A stretch of DNA of 18,734 bases from Tubiluchus corallicola (GCA_030141605.1 JAQGDQ010000752.1:83091-101824), one strand, 5' to 3'. Shown: positions 1-11,879, numbered from the stretch's first letter. Translations and numbers: made by a program. Notes: generated by a model not told the origin, from the sequence alone.

Positions 1-2916
1 CCTTGTCAGAAAATATTGTGAATTTGCAGGAAAAACTTTCTTCGCGTGAATGCGAAATTTCAAACTTGCTAAACAGGTTAGAGGAATTGGCAAAATCAAA
101 AGAATCTGTTGACGATCTGCTCGAACAAGAAACGACGCACAGAAGAAAGTTGGAAGAAGAATTGCAAAGCGAAGTTGAACAAAACCTGCAATTATGCAAA
201 GAACGTGATGCTATTCTCATTGAGAATGAGACAACGCTTCGTCAACTGAATGACAAGAAAGAAGAAATTTCTGCAGAACTGTCAATGCTAAGCAAAGAGA
301 ATGATTGCCTTTGCAACAAAATAAAAACTTTGGAGGCTCAATGCACAGATCACAAGAATGAGCTCCTTGCAATGAGAGAGAAAGGACAGGCAGTTGAAGC
401 TGAATTTGAAGAAAAGTTTGAAAGTGTAACAACCGAAAATATTGTTCTTAAGGAGAACAAAGAAAAGCTAAGTGATCAGATTAAGGAACTTGTTACTCAA
501 AGTGAATCTATTAACGCTTTGTTGACTGAAGAGAGAGTTCGCTCAGAGCAGCTACGCAAAGATTTAAATGTGTCTAACGGTGCTGCCCAGATTTCCGAGC
601 AACAACGCACCGAGCTGGAAATGAAACTCAACACATTACACGAAGAGTTTGCAGAGATGCAACAGACATTTAATACTGAAAGGAACCTATTAAAAACTGA
701 ACTTTCTGAACTTTACAGTGAAAAGGAGCGCTTGATTAACTCAGTTGAAACATCAGCAAAGAAAATGGAAGCTGTGGAAACAGAGTACTATGAGAAGTTA
801 GCTGAACTACAAGCAAAGATCGAAAATCAGCGCATGCAATTTGATGATGAGAAACAAGAACTAATAAGCAAAGTTGAAATGCTGGATGACAGAGAAAAAG
901 AAGTAAACCGTATATTGGAAGATGAATTGTCACAAAGACGATGCCTCGAGGAAGATGTGCATCAGAAAATACAGGAAAAGAATCGTCTTAATGAAGAACT
1001 TCTTGCACTTATGGAAGTCAAAGAAAATACGGTCCATGAATTAGAAAAGCAAAAAACTGAGTATGAAAAAATGGTTGTGGAAGTGTCATCGTTAAACAAG
1101 ACCAACAGTACACAACAGAGTCAGTTAGATTCCATGAAACAACAGGAAAAAGATGTAAATATGACATTAGAAAAAATGACTGAACGTCTTGAGGAACAAC
1201 AGCGTGACTTTCAAGAGAAATGTGACGCGTTACTGACTGAGAAAGAGACGATTGCTAATTTGTTTGAGGAAGAAAGAAGGAAATTCGACGATCAAATCAA
1301 AAGTCTCTCTGGTGAGAAGGAATTGTTTGATGATTTACTAAAACAGGAAATGATCGAAAAAGATCAGCTAACTAAAAGCCTGGAGGATAGTGAAAGCAAG
1401 AGATTGACGTTGGTTAAACAGGTAGAGGATTTTGAGTTGGAAAAGAGAAATGTTGAAACCTTGTCAGAAAATATTGTGAATTTGCAGGAAAAACTTTCTT
1501 CGCGTGAATGCGAAATTTCAAACTTGCTAAACAGGTTAGAGGAATTGGCAAAATCAAAAGAATCTGTTGACGATCTGCTCGAACAAGAAACGACGCACAG
1601 AAGAAAGTTGGAAGAAGAATTGCAAAGCGAAGTTGAACAAAACCTGCAATTATGCAAAGAACGTGATGCTATTCTCATTGAGAATGAGACCACGCTTCGT
1701 CAACTGAATGACAAGAAGGAAGAAATTTCTGCAGAACTGTCAATGCTATGCAAAGAGAAGGACTGCCTTTGCAACAAAATAAAAACTTTGGAGGCTGAAT
1801 GCACAGATCACAAGAATGAGCTCCTTGCAATGAGAGAGAAAGGACAGGCAGTTGAAGCTGAATTTGAAGAAAAGTACGAAAGTGTAACAACCGAAAATAT
1901 TGTTCTTATGGAGGACAAAGAAAAGCTAAGTGATCAGATTAAGGAACTTGTTACTCAAAGTGAATCTATTAATGCTGTGTTGACTGAAGAGAGAGTTCGC
2001 TCAGAGCAGCTACGCAAAGATTTAAATGTGTCTAACGGTGCTGCCCAGATTTCCGAGCAACAACGCACCGAGCTGGAAATGAAACTCAACACATTACACG
2101 AAGAGTTTGCAGAAATGCAACAAACATTTGATACTGAAAAGAACCTATTAAAAACTGAACTTTCTGAACTTTACGGTGAAAAGGAGGGCTTGACTAACTT
2201 AGTTGAAACATCGGCAAAGAAAATGGAAGCTGTGGAAACAGAGTACTATGAGAAGTTAGCTGAACTGCAAGCAAAGATCGAAAAACAGCGTGCGCAATTT
2301 GATGATGAGAAACAAGAACTAATAAGCAAAGTTGAAATGCTGGATGAGAGAGAAAAAGAAGTAAACCGTATATTGGAAGATGAATTGTCACAAAAGCGGC
2401 ATCTTGAGAGAGATGTGCATCAGAAAATACAGGAAAGCAGTCGACTTAATGAAGAACTTCTTGCACTTATGGAAGTCAAAGAAAATACGGTCCATGAATT
2501 AGAAAACTTAAAAACTGAGTATGAAAAAATGGTTGTGGAAGTGTCATCGTTAAACAAGACCAACAGTACACAACAGAGTCAGTTAGATTCCATGAAACAA
2601 CAGGAAAAAGATGTAAATATGACATTAGAAAAAATGACTGAACGTCTTGAGGAACAACAGCGTGACTTTCAAGAGAAATGTGACGCGTTACTGACTGAGA
2701 AAGAGACGATTGCTAATTTGTTTGAGGAAGAAGGAAGGAAATTCGACGATCAAATCAAAAGTCTCTCTGGTGAGAAGGAATTGTTTGATGATTTACTAAA
2801 ACAGGAAATGATCGAAAAAGATCAGCTAACTAAAAGCCTGGAGGATAGTGAAAGCAAGAGATTGACGTTGGTTAAACAGGTAGAGGATTTTGAGTTGGAA
2901 AAGAGAAATGTTGAAA
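1..2916 (+). repeat. Coding tandem duplication, 2 x 1458 bp (486 aa)
   Basis: Position 1 ccttgtcagaaaatattgtg recurs at 1459. The copies align without indels up to 1458/2916 (..gaaatgttgaaa), and the translation repeats SENIVNLQEKLSSRECE...FELEKRNVE. Confidence 0.97.
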
Positions 2917-4033
2917 GCTTGTTAGAGCACACGAAAAAGGAGTTTGAAAAGCAGCACTCTGAACTCATGAAGAAATACGATCAACTTTACGAGGAACGTT
3001 CATGTATAAGACAAGAGTACGAATCAGTTAACAGCGAAAAAGAAAATCTTATTAGCTTATTGGAGGAGACAAAAAGGCAGCTGGAAGATGCACGTCTAGA
3101 GCTAGGTGAACTTCAGACAGAAAAAGAGCGAACTGAGGTGTCCTGCGTTGCTGAAAATAGGATGCTAGTTGCTGAAATCGATTCATTGAAGCACGAACTA
3201 GATTCTGTGTCAAAAGAGCAAACGCATCAAGAGGGAAGATTCGATTTGGTCGTTAAAGAGTTCCATCAGCAGCAGAGAAATAACGAGGACGAGAGGAAGA
3301 ATCAAGAAGAACGTTTTTCAACCGTAATCGGGGAGCTGCACGAAAAGCTGGATACTCTGACAAGCGAAAAGAAACAGCTTCTTCAGCAGCTGTTTGCAGA
3401 GCGTGAGAAGGCTTTCGAGGAGATAACTACTGCAAAAGAAAATATGCAGAACTTGAACAAGTCACTAGCAGTTATGCAGTCGAGAAGGGGGCAGCAGAAA
3501 AAGAGCTCAACAATCTTCGCGAGAGAGTACTGAGGGAGAGGGAACAGTATGAAAAAATCCTTAAGGAAAGGGATAGCGAGCACAAAGCCAAGGTAGAAAA
3601 ATTGTGCCTACAGTCTGAAAAAGACTTGAATGTGACAAAGGACACTTACAACAAGAAATTTGAGAAGATGAAAATTGAAATGGAAGAGCTGCAGATGCAA
3701 ATTGACGAGCTTTCGTTGGCATCGTCGACAAAAATTCGAAAGTTGGAAGCGAAAAGCGTCACGCTGGAGAATCAGAATGAAGCGCTGAAACAGAAATGCG
3801 CCAAAACGGTCAGGTCTTTCGAAAAAGAACGGGAAAAATCTGAAAACCAGGCGCTAAAGATGCACGAGCTGGAGAGGAAGTTGGCACTCGTTCAGAAAAT
3901 TTTGACCCAGGAGAAGAGCTTGCAAGAGAAGATGGAGTCTCTACGGGAAACTAACGATAAGCTCACGTCAGAACTGGCTTCGTTGAAGACCACGTCTGAG
4001 CAAAAATACCAACGAATGAAAAAACATGCGCAG
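1..4033 (+). CDS. Giant coding exon (5'-truncated by the window) of a long coiled-coil protein (golgin/NuMA/centrosomal-like architecture; family not identified), with an apparent 1-nt frameshift between 3407 and 3530
   Basis: ORF 3..3533 has 1176 stop-free codons of E/K/L/Q-rich heptad sequence. The same style continues in another frame that is open from 3407 (..EKGAAEKELNNLRERVLREREQYEKILKERDSEHKAKVEKLCLQ..) into ORF 3602..4051. It ends at the donor GCG CAG|gtatta (4033/4034, phase 0), followed by AT-rich intron. Confidence 0.85.
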
Positions 4034-4514
4034 GTATTATTTAATTATTAATTAAAGTGCAATACAACACTTCTTAAGTAAAGCTTGAGAAATTTCGTAC
4101 ATGCTGTCTTATTGCATACCGAGCCTGCATTAGTAGTAACGCTTTTAAACCCCATGGTGACTGTTAGGCTGATGGCCAATTTAATGTTAAGTCGATTAAA
4201 ACTAGTTTACATAACACATAACATTTGAAAAAAATAATCAGAGCATTTGTAGCACACTCTTCATTAACTGAGCAAAAGTTTAGATTACTTCATCCTATCC
4301 ATACAACTTAATAATGTTTTTTTTGGTGAATCAGTGGTGCACACTAAGATGGCGACGCAGTGCCATTTTACCAGATGTTGCAAACATTGTAAATTATTTT
4401 TTATTCTTAAATCATTTTAAGATAAACTTGCAAAGTAGTTTTCTTAAATGTGACACTTTAGCGTTTTATTTAGATAAGTTTCTACGTAAACATGAATATG
4501 TATGTGTATTACAG

Positions 4515-4663
4515 GTTTACAAGGACCAAGTCGAGCTTTTGCAAAAGCAGCTAGACGAGCACGACAAGGTCTCGAGCGACACACTAGACCACCTGCGTAG
4601 CATGACTCAGGAAAAGCTTGAACTGCAGAAACAGCTGGACAGCCAGAGCAATACGTCTGTTAG
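4515..4663 (+). CDS. Internal exon of the coiled-coil gene (VYKDQVELLQKQLDEHDKVSSDTLDHLRSMTQEKLELQKQLDSQSNTSV)
   Basis: Acceptor gtgtattacag|GTT (phase 0, matches the 4033 donor), donor GTTAG|gtaaac (phase 2). It is a GC-richer island with a coiled-coil-like translation. Confidence 0.85.
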
Positions 4664-6553
4664 GTAAACCGGATTTTATACATTCAGTGCATATGTTCTT
4701 TGAGGTCATGTGAAGGTCATAGTAGTTACTTGTTATAGTTGCTATTCGCTTTATTCTCATTAAAATCCATTCACGTGCTTTTTAAAATAATAGCTATTTA
4801 GACGCATAGCGACACACATTTAGAGAAACTAAAATTACACAAAATTTAAGTGTGAACTCGAATCTGAGAAACTATTATGTTTGCAGCAAAAGAGCCAATA
4901 TGGCTGCCAGTGCATGATTTTTGCACAGTTCTTATTTTGAGAAATAAAACTATTAACTACTTTGCTCTGCTGTCCCCCTTTAGCACAGCTTATGATCAAA
5001 ACTTTTACATTTTTCTATTTTCATCGCTAAACGTTCTGTAATTCTTACAGCGAAAGTCAATTTCTTCATTCAGTCGTGTTCTTAACAAAGTCGTAAGACA
5101 GCGAATTAAAATTCACCATTTTGCTGTTAAGCTGATAGGAGACTTTTGTTTTTATATCCTTTACTAGACCTTTACTATGCAGTTTTTCATTTCTTTATAA
5201 TAATAGTTTATTCAGTTAAGTTGCTGCAGAATCTGGATTAAGACAAGAATTAAAACAAGATTGACAAAAATGAATTTAAATGTGGTTAGTGTACAAGATC
5301 TGAATTTGGTGAAACACGTCTGTGACGGGAAGACAAAAGAATTTCCTTCATAGCGTATTGTGTTCTCAGAAATCTTTATTTCTGTATATAAAAAAATGAA
5401 AATAATAAATTTGACTGCTTTCACTGCTTACAAATGTATAATAATCTAATTATTATAATTTAAGACAATAAAAGTAAATATGACTCACATCGTGTGGCTA
5501 TAACAACTTAATACATCCTTGGAATGTCATACTGGTTTACAGCAAATCAGGTAGAGACAATAATTACTTGAAAATTTATCTAAACATTATTTAACATTTG
5601 ATGAGGCTTCTGTAAGCGTGTTTAGTGAGGCACAACCTAATTTACAACTTCACAGGTAAAATTACAGGTGAGTTCACATATGTCATAGGTGCTGCCACCT
5701 ACATGTTAAGGCCAGAAACTGACCTTAACAATGCGTATCAAATGAAATAAAAACATTTAAATTATGAATTATGAAGTGATGCAAATTAAAATTTCAAGAT
5801 TTATTTTCTTTTAGCCAACATAAACATTCGAACAACTACAGATTTGTACATTTCTGTAACAATTTAAGACTAACTTGATTATAATTACATTAAAGCTATG
5901 TGGCTGATGGAACGTGAAAATGGCAGTAATTAATACAGTCATATTAAAGCCCACCTCGAGAAGAAATAGAAAAGGAAGAAGAGAAGGATTGATTAAGAGG
6001 AGCAGAGAGAAGAAATGCACAGAAATCTGAAAAATCTTAAAATTTTGAAAAAAAATTGATTTTCTAGAAAACCCTGCAACCTTTTGTCGCAAATCGTTGC
6101 TATGTGTTGCCCTCTAACAGAGTATGTTATAGTACAGTATAGTACTTTTATAAAGTATGTTTGATAGCTTTGACAGGGGGTCATTAAATATTAAAGTTTA
6201 ACACACAGTATTTGAGCAATTAATAGAGGGCGAGACTGCTTTTTTATACACTCTTAGACTAGAGTCTTCCAAACCCTGGCAAGTGATTTCCACAACTGAT
6301 CTAACTACAGATTTATAATATTAAGTTTAATGATTATTAGAGACATATTTACGGTTATGCCTACTTTTGTACCTACTGTACCTGCAGTACGCTTTCCATG
6401 AAATTTACGATTATCTTCATTGAGCTTGAATGCACGCTGAAAGAAACGCTATCGGAAATCTAATTCCAGATGTTCTTGATGTATGCAGCAATATTCAGTT
6501 AATTCAGTTTTAAAATTGATTTTTAGTCATATTTTGTATATTGGTATTTCCAG

Positions 6554-6669
6554 CGTATCGAGTCGTGCTCGTGGCAGCAGCAGCGAGTCGCAAGACGTTT
6601 CGGTTTTGGATAATTCTTACATGAATAACGTTTTCAATACGCCGGCCACCGAGAGTCGGTCACAACGAG
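6554..6669 (+). CDS. Internal exon of the coiled-coil gene, Ser-rich tail (SVSSRARGSSSESQDVSVLDNSYMNNVFNTPATESRSQR)
   Basis: Acceptor gtatttccag|C and donor CGAG|gtattt. The entry phase 2 matches the 4663 donor (AG+C = Ser). It is a CpG/GC-richer island in an AT-rich intron. Confidence 0.7.
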
Positions 6670-6770
6670 GTATTTTTTGCCTGTAGTAAAAACTAGTGCT
6701 AAGAGATCAATCTTGGGTTTGTTTAATAACTCGTGTAACACATATCAGATACGCTGTAGCTGGATGCTGA

Positions 6771-7672
6771 AAGCTGAGTCAGTTGCTACTGCATCATCTG
6801 ACTCTCACAGTAACCCAGCTAGCTCGGCTGAAGCTGAGTCAGTTGCTACTGCATCATCTGACTCACACAGTAACCCAGCTAGCTCGGCTGAAGCTGAGTC
6901 AGTTGCTATTGCATCAACTGACTCACACAGTAACCCAGCTAGCTCGGCTGAAGCTGAGTCAGTTGCTACTACATCAGCTGACTCTCACAGTAACCCAGCT
7001 AGCTCGGCTGAAGCTGAGTCAGTTGCTACTGCATCATCTGACTCACACAGTAACCCAGCTAGCTCGGCTGAAGCTGAGTCAGTTGCTACTGCATCATCTG
7101 ACTAACACAGTAACCCAGCTAGCTCGGCTGAAGCTGAGTCAGTTGCTACTGCATCATCTGACTCACACAGTCACCCAGCTAGCTAGGCTGAAGCTGAGTC
7201 AGTTGCTACTGCATCATCTGACTCACACAGTAACCCAGCTAGCTCGGCTGAAGCGGAGCCAGTTGCTACTGCATCATCTGACTCACACAGTAACCCAGCT
7301 AGCTCGCCTGAAGCTGAGTCAGTTGCTACTACATCAGCTGACTCACACAGTAAATCAGCTAGCTCGGCTGAAGCTGAGTCAGCTGCTACTACATCAGCTG
7401 ACTCACACAGTAACCCAGCTAGCTCGGCTGAAGCAGAGTCAGTTACTACTACGTCATCTGACTCACACAGTAACCCACCTAGCTCGGTTGAAGCTGAGTC
7501 AGTTGCTACCACATCAGCTGACTCACACAGTAAATCAGCTAGCTCGGCCGAAGTTGAGTCAATTGCTATTACATCAGCTGACTCACAGAGTAAATCAGCT
7601 AGCTCGGCTGAAGCTGAGTCAGTTGCTACTACATCAGTTGACTCACACAATAAATCAGCTAGCTAGGCTGAA
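6771..7672. repeat. Intronic minisatellite, about 15 x 60 bp; consensus aagctgagtcagttgctactgcatcatctgactcacacagtaacccagctagctcggctg
   Basis: The 60-bp units align vertically on display lines 6781-7621 with no indels. Later units drift to acatcagctg/taaatcagct variants. Confidence 0.97.
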
Positions 7673-8843
7673 AATTATCAATCTGCTAAGCCACACGACA
7701 CCTTACACATGCTGTTATGTAACAACATTAGCCTTTTTTCTAGGCTGTTATGTAGTAATTTAGTCAGCTATGATGATCTCTCATTTTGCTGTAGTTTGAA
7801 AACTTTTGTTAATTGCTAATGTTGGATTAATGATAAATAATTAACAGTCATTGAACTCTAGAAGAATTTTGCACCCTTTCAATCTTTCACCCGGGGACTA
7901 TTGCTTTTGTACAGTTTTTAGTCATAGTTTGTAGTACGTTTAGGCATAGTTTTTGTAGTATGAATTGTGTGCATGTTTAGCCTGTTATTTATTATCTATT
8001 AGTTTAATGTTATTCACTTTAGTCTGCTGTTTGTCATCTGTTGCTAGTTTAATATTATTCATTTTGGACAATAGTCTAGTTGTGATTGTTGATAATCATT
8101 GTCTGTTAATAGGACGAAATAAAGGATTTACCTATATTTTTGAATTGGGCTTGAATTTTGTTTCTTTACGTCTGGTGACTTTTCGCTTTTGTGTCGCTTG
8201 ACAAATCGATTTTGTGTTTTGTTAAGAGTCAACAACCTAACTGTTTTACTCTGTAAAGAAAATAGTCAAGATGGCAAACTAACTCTTTAAATACGTGAAA
8301 TAAAAAGTAGTCTTTTGTGCTTATTCGATATATCTTGCATTCATTCATGTATGCAGACTGGAAAATCAAGGCAAAATGCTAGACAAAATACATTAACAAT
8401 TTGACGCTTTCATTTTGTCTAAAATCGAATATTTTTCTATAAGCGGTGTTCCATTAATGCCCAAATTTTCGGCAAAACAAAATGTTTATATTTGCATAGA
8501 CATGTATGTGTTAATGCACCTGAGCTTTGACTATTGTAACAACCATTTAAAATCAACTTTCTATGACAAGTTTTCTGGAATTTTTTTGAATGAGTCTTTC
8601 TGTAGCTATGGGTTTCGGCAGCTTTTGAAAGTAAAATTGCTGTCTGAATTGTGCATTGTTGTCATACCATCATATTACATTTGACTTTCGTTTGCTGTGA
8701 GTGTCGTAACTTGCAGTTAGCTGTCGTTAATTGATAGGGAGGTAGAAACTGTTGTCGCATGGTGTTTCATTGCGCATTGTGGCAAGTAACGTTTGTATCA
8801 TGTTACAAGATTGTAAGCAAAATAGAGTTTTGTTGTTTTTCAG

Positions 8844-8887
8844 CCGAAGCGGACAACTTGAAGCGATTCATCAGCAACTATATTTAA
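8844..8887 (+). CDS. Probable terminal coding exon of the coiled-coil gene (AEADNLKRFISNYI*)
   Basis: Strong acceptor ttttgttgtttttcag|CC. The phase 1 entry matches the 6669 donor (G+CC = Ala), and the frame reads to TAA at 8885-8887. An AATAAA lies downstream at 9450-9455. There is no transcript evidence. Confidence 0.55.
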
Positions 8888-11879
8888 TGGTGTTGAGGCA
8901 GTTCCAGCAACATTAGCATGTATATAATCCCAGCTTCTTTATCTATATGTGGTAGCTTCCAAGCTGTTTCCTTTTATAATAATTCTTTGTACTTGTCCTT
9001 TAAATAAGTACTTTGGAAGTGCTTATGGTAGTGCTAGATTAGTGACATTGTTACAATAGATTGCAGATTTATTTGTAAAAAACAAACTTGCATGATGATA
9101 ATTAAATCATGTATTGATTGTCTAATGATTGTCTAAATCTATGTCCTGGAGTCGTAGTGGTTGATCACTCCAACGGAGATAGTCTAACAATTTAGTCATA
9201 AAGGCTTCGTAAAAATCATTAGCATACGATTTGAATGTTCCTGTTTATACCAATATATGCTCAGCCCCATAATCAAGTCTTAACACGCTGGTAGCTTAAA
9301 GCTTTTTTGACTCAAGGTTTTTTTTAAAATTCCGATTGACGCGCATGTCAATCGGTATAACAGGTGTACAAATTCCATGTTAACTATCTGATCATTTTTC
9401 TACTTGCATATCCGAATTTTTGTTAAATCGACTGTTGTATATTATTACTAATAAACTAAAGTAATATATACTAAAAAGACCAAGTTTCTGATATTGTTTT
9501 CAGAGATGCCACATGTACAGTAAGTGTGTGCACAAAATTTCTGTTATTCTTAATCTGCTAAGAATCTTTATGGACACATTTGTATGCAGTCAGTGATACT
9601 GACTACAATGTTTACTGATTTTGTTAGAACTCTCTTCAAGAGCCTCATCGGACATGCATGTGCAAGGTTTCCTGCAATCAGGGGGGACCATAAAAGATTG
9701 CCAAAAACCAGGCTTAGTCTAAAATCAAACATCCAATTACATGTAGATCAAATATATTCTTGTTTTAACAATTATACCGAAAGTTATGCTATTACAAACT
9801 TTGCAAAGCGATGTTAGTTAATAATTATTAGTTACAATAGTAGTTATGAACCTTCCAAAATCCTCATTTATATTATTAATGAATCGGTTATGAAAGGTGT
9901 CACATGGCTGTGGATGCGGAACGCTGCATGTTTTCATGACCATATAATCCAGTCCTATTTTTAATTGCTTCAGGACTGCACCATTCAAAATAGGTCTTAT
10001 AAGACCTGACTTTTCTGCTACTGCTTGAGCACAGACATAATTAAATAATTATAAATTAGATACTGTTCTATTCAGGAGAATCTCGGCTATCCAATCATGC
10101 TATTTTGAACATTTATAAGTGATTTAATTGGATAAAATTAGGAAAAACACCCTTTCCAGGCACTCCAACTTAGCCTATTGAGTAACTTAGCTTAGTACAC
10201 ATTTGCATGATCGTCCAAACTTTTATTGATACCTCGCTTGCTACAGCCCAAGAATACCGCCCACTGCTGTTCCAGGAAAAACCAACCAATCGATCATGGA
10301 CAAATTAAGGTCGTTTCACCTTTTAAGAGAAATTTCTCCTTAAAAACAGAGTAGACTTGAGGCCCAAGTGTATCAGCATGTTGTGTCTGGGTAGTTGAAA
10401 TTTTCTGCATTAGCCGATTTCACACAAGTGATACTGCACATTGTTACAGTGTAAACACTGAAGTTGCTGCAAGCTTTTTTCAATTTTTCTCATCAAAAAT
10501 CGATTTTTAATGTCTAAGGTCAGCAAATGCATTTCATATCTAATTCTGCATGCAAATCCTTTGTGTGAGGAGTAGAAACCTACAAAAATTATCAAATATA
10601 ACGTAATAGCTGCTTAATGAGAGTAGTTTTTCATGAACGCATGCAAAATGTAGTGGGCACAGTCCTGAAGGAGTTAGAGCACACATTACGTTATAATGAA
10701 GTGTTTTCTAAAATGGGTTGCAGTATAAATACTAATACTATGTCAGCGAGATACAGACACCCATCCATATTTGCTTGACTTATAAATTCAAATTATTCCA
10801 ATACTTGAAAACTTGACAATTGAGTGCCGCAAAGTGGTAACTTTGCAATGTACATCATGCGTTTAATGAAGACTGTTTTTGTACATAAACTATTAACTTG
10901 CAGCAATTTTTCTATCAACGTTACTGCACGTCTACAGCAGAATTTGCCATTTTGTCAAAATGCGCTGAAGTTCCTGGCCCAAACGGTTTGCAATTCCAAA
11001 TTCAGCATCGAACAGTAAACTAGTGGTAATGTGATCAAACCTATGCAATGACATCACCAGGCATTCAATCGGTATACTGCAGTGACAGTAACAGCACTAA
11101 CACTGCTAAATCACTCCAGCTATTTGCTGATTCAGCAATAAAATTTCCCATTTCTGAAAAGCCATCGCCCCACCTGAGCAAAATACGAGCATAATCGAAC
11201 GCTCCTGTGATAATAGTAATCTGACAGCTCTAAACAACCTGGACTCAGTTTGCTTAAATTCATTTTACGCGTACATTAAGTAGAGTTCACTGAATACACT
11301 TTAAGTAATGTTTGTTTAACAAGAGCAAGAATATAGTGTCGCTGTTAAAGACTGCTAACAAAAAACTATCAGTATAAATCAATTTATCACTTTCAGTAGA
11401 CATTCTTACAGTAAAAAAAGCCACCAAAACACCTCCTTACAAATCAGCATCATCAGAGTAGATCAAAAAGTTAGGAATAACAGGCAACTAGCTTTGCATA
11501 AGCATACAGTAGTGTACATTAGGCTTAGTGAAAAACCTAATTAAGCATAAACAATAATATTTTTGGCATTACAGTGGTGACTTTCAATGTAATGCCATCA
11601 TTAGTGAAAGAAAAATATCAAAAAAATGTTTCCGCATCATTCGCATTATAGAATAATAAATATTATAATTATCTTGCCGCAGTTCCAGCGGCTACTCCTA
11701 CCTACCTTTAATAATGCCAGGCAATAGTACTAGTAGTAGGTGCAGATGCAACTGTGGTTCAAAGGGAGTATTTCATATACAGGTAGACACTTACAGGGAT
11801 TTGCCGGCTTTTAAGTGGTGGCGCAATTTCCCTCAAAGCACAAATACAAGAATGCCTTTTCCAAAGAAATAAGAACCTA

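Noticed and set aside
217-3583. Minus-strand ORFs opposite the giant exon
   Set aside because: They are antisense shadows of a codon-biased coding region and are duplicated along with the repeat.
6771-7672. CRISPR array
   Set aside because: The units are contiguous near-identical 60-mers with no unique spacers, there are no cas genes, and the context is a eukaryotic intron.
6677-7763. ORFs 6677..7105, 6783..7763 and 7183..7650 as real proteins
   Set aside because: They are by-products of a 60-bp stop-poor repeat. The mucin-like AESVATASSDSHSNPASS frame has stops at 7103 and 7184, unit differences show no clear synonymous bias, and I found no in-phase splice acceptor joining it to the 6669 donor.
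1-8887. Assigning a gene symbol (e.g. NuMA, golgin, CENP-F)
   Set aside because: Only generic coiled-coil and a short tail are visible. I recognised no diagnostic domain such as GRIP, PACT or CH.
10321-10345. Near-palindrome ttttaagagaaatttctccttaaaa
   Set aside because: It is AT-rich and imperfect, which is expected by chance in this composition.
7965-11018. Short ORFs of 60-90 aa in intronic/intergenic DNA
   Set aside because: They have F/L/I/C-rich translations typical of random AT-rich sequence, with no motifs.
11030-11500. Possible minus-strand exons (e.g. GAFDYARILLRWGDGFSEMGNF.., LPVIPNFLIYSDDAD)
   Set aside because: Splice-like signals exist but there is no recognisable homology or consistent exon chain, so they cannot be separated from chance.
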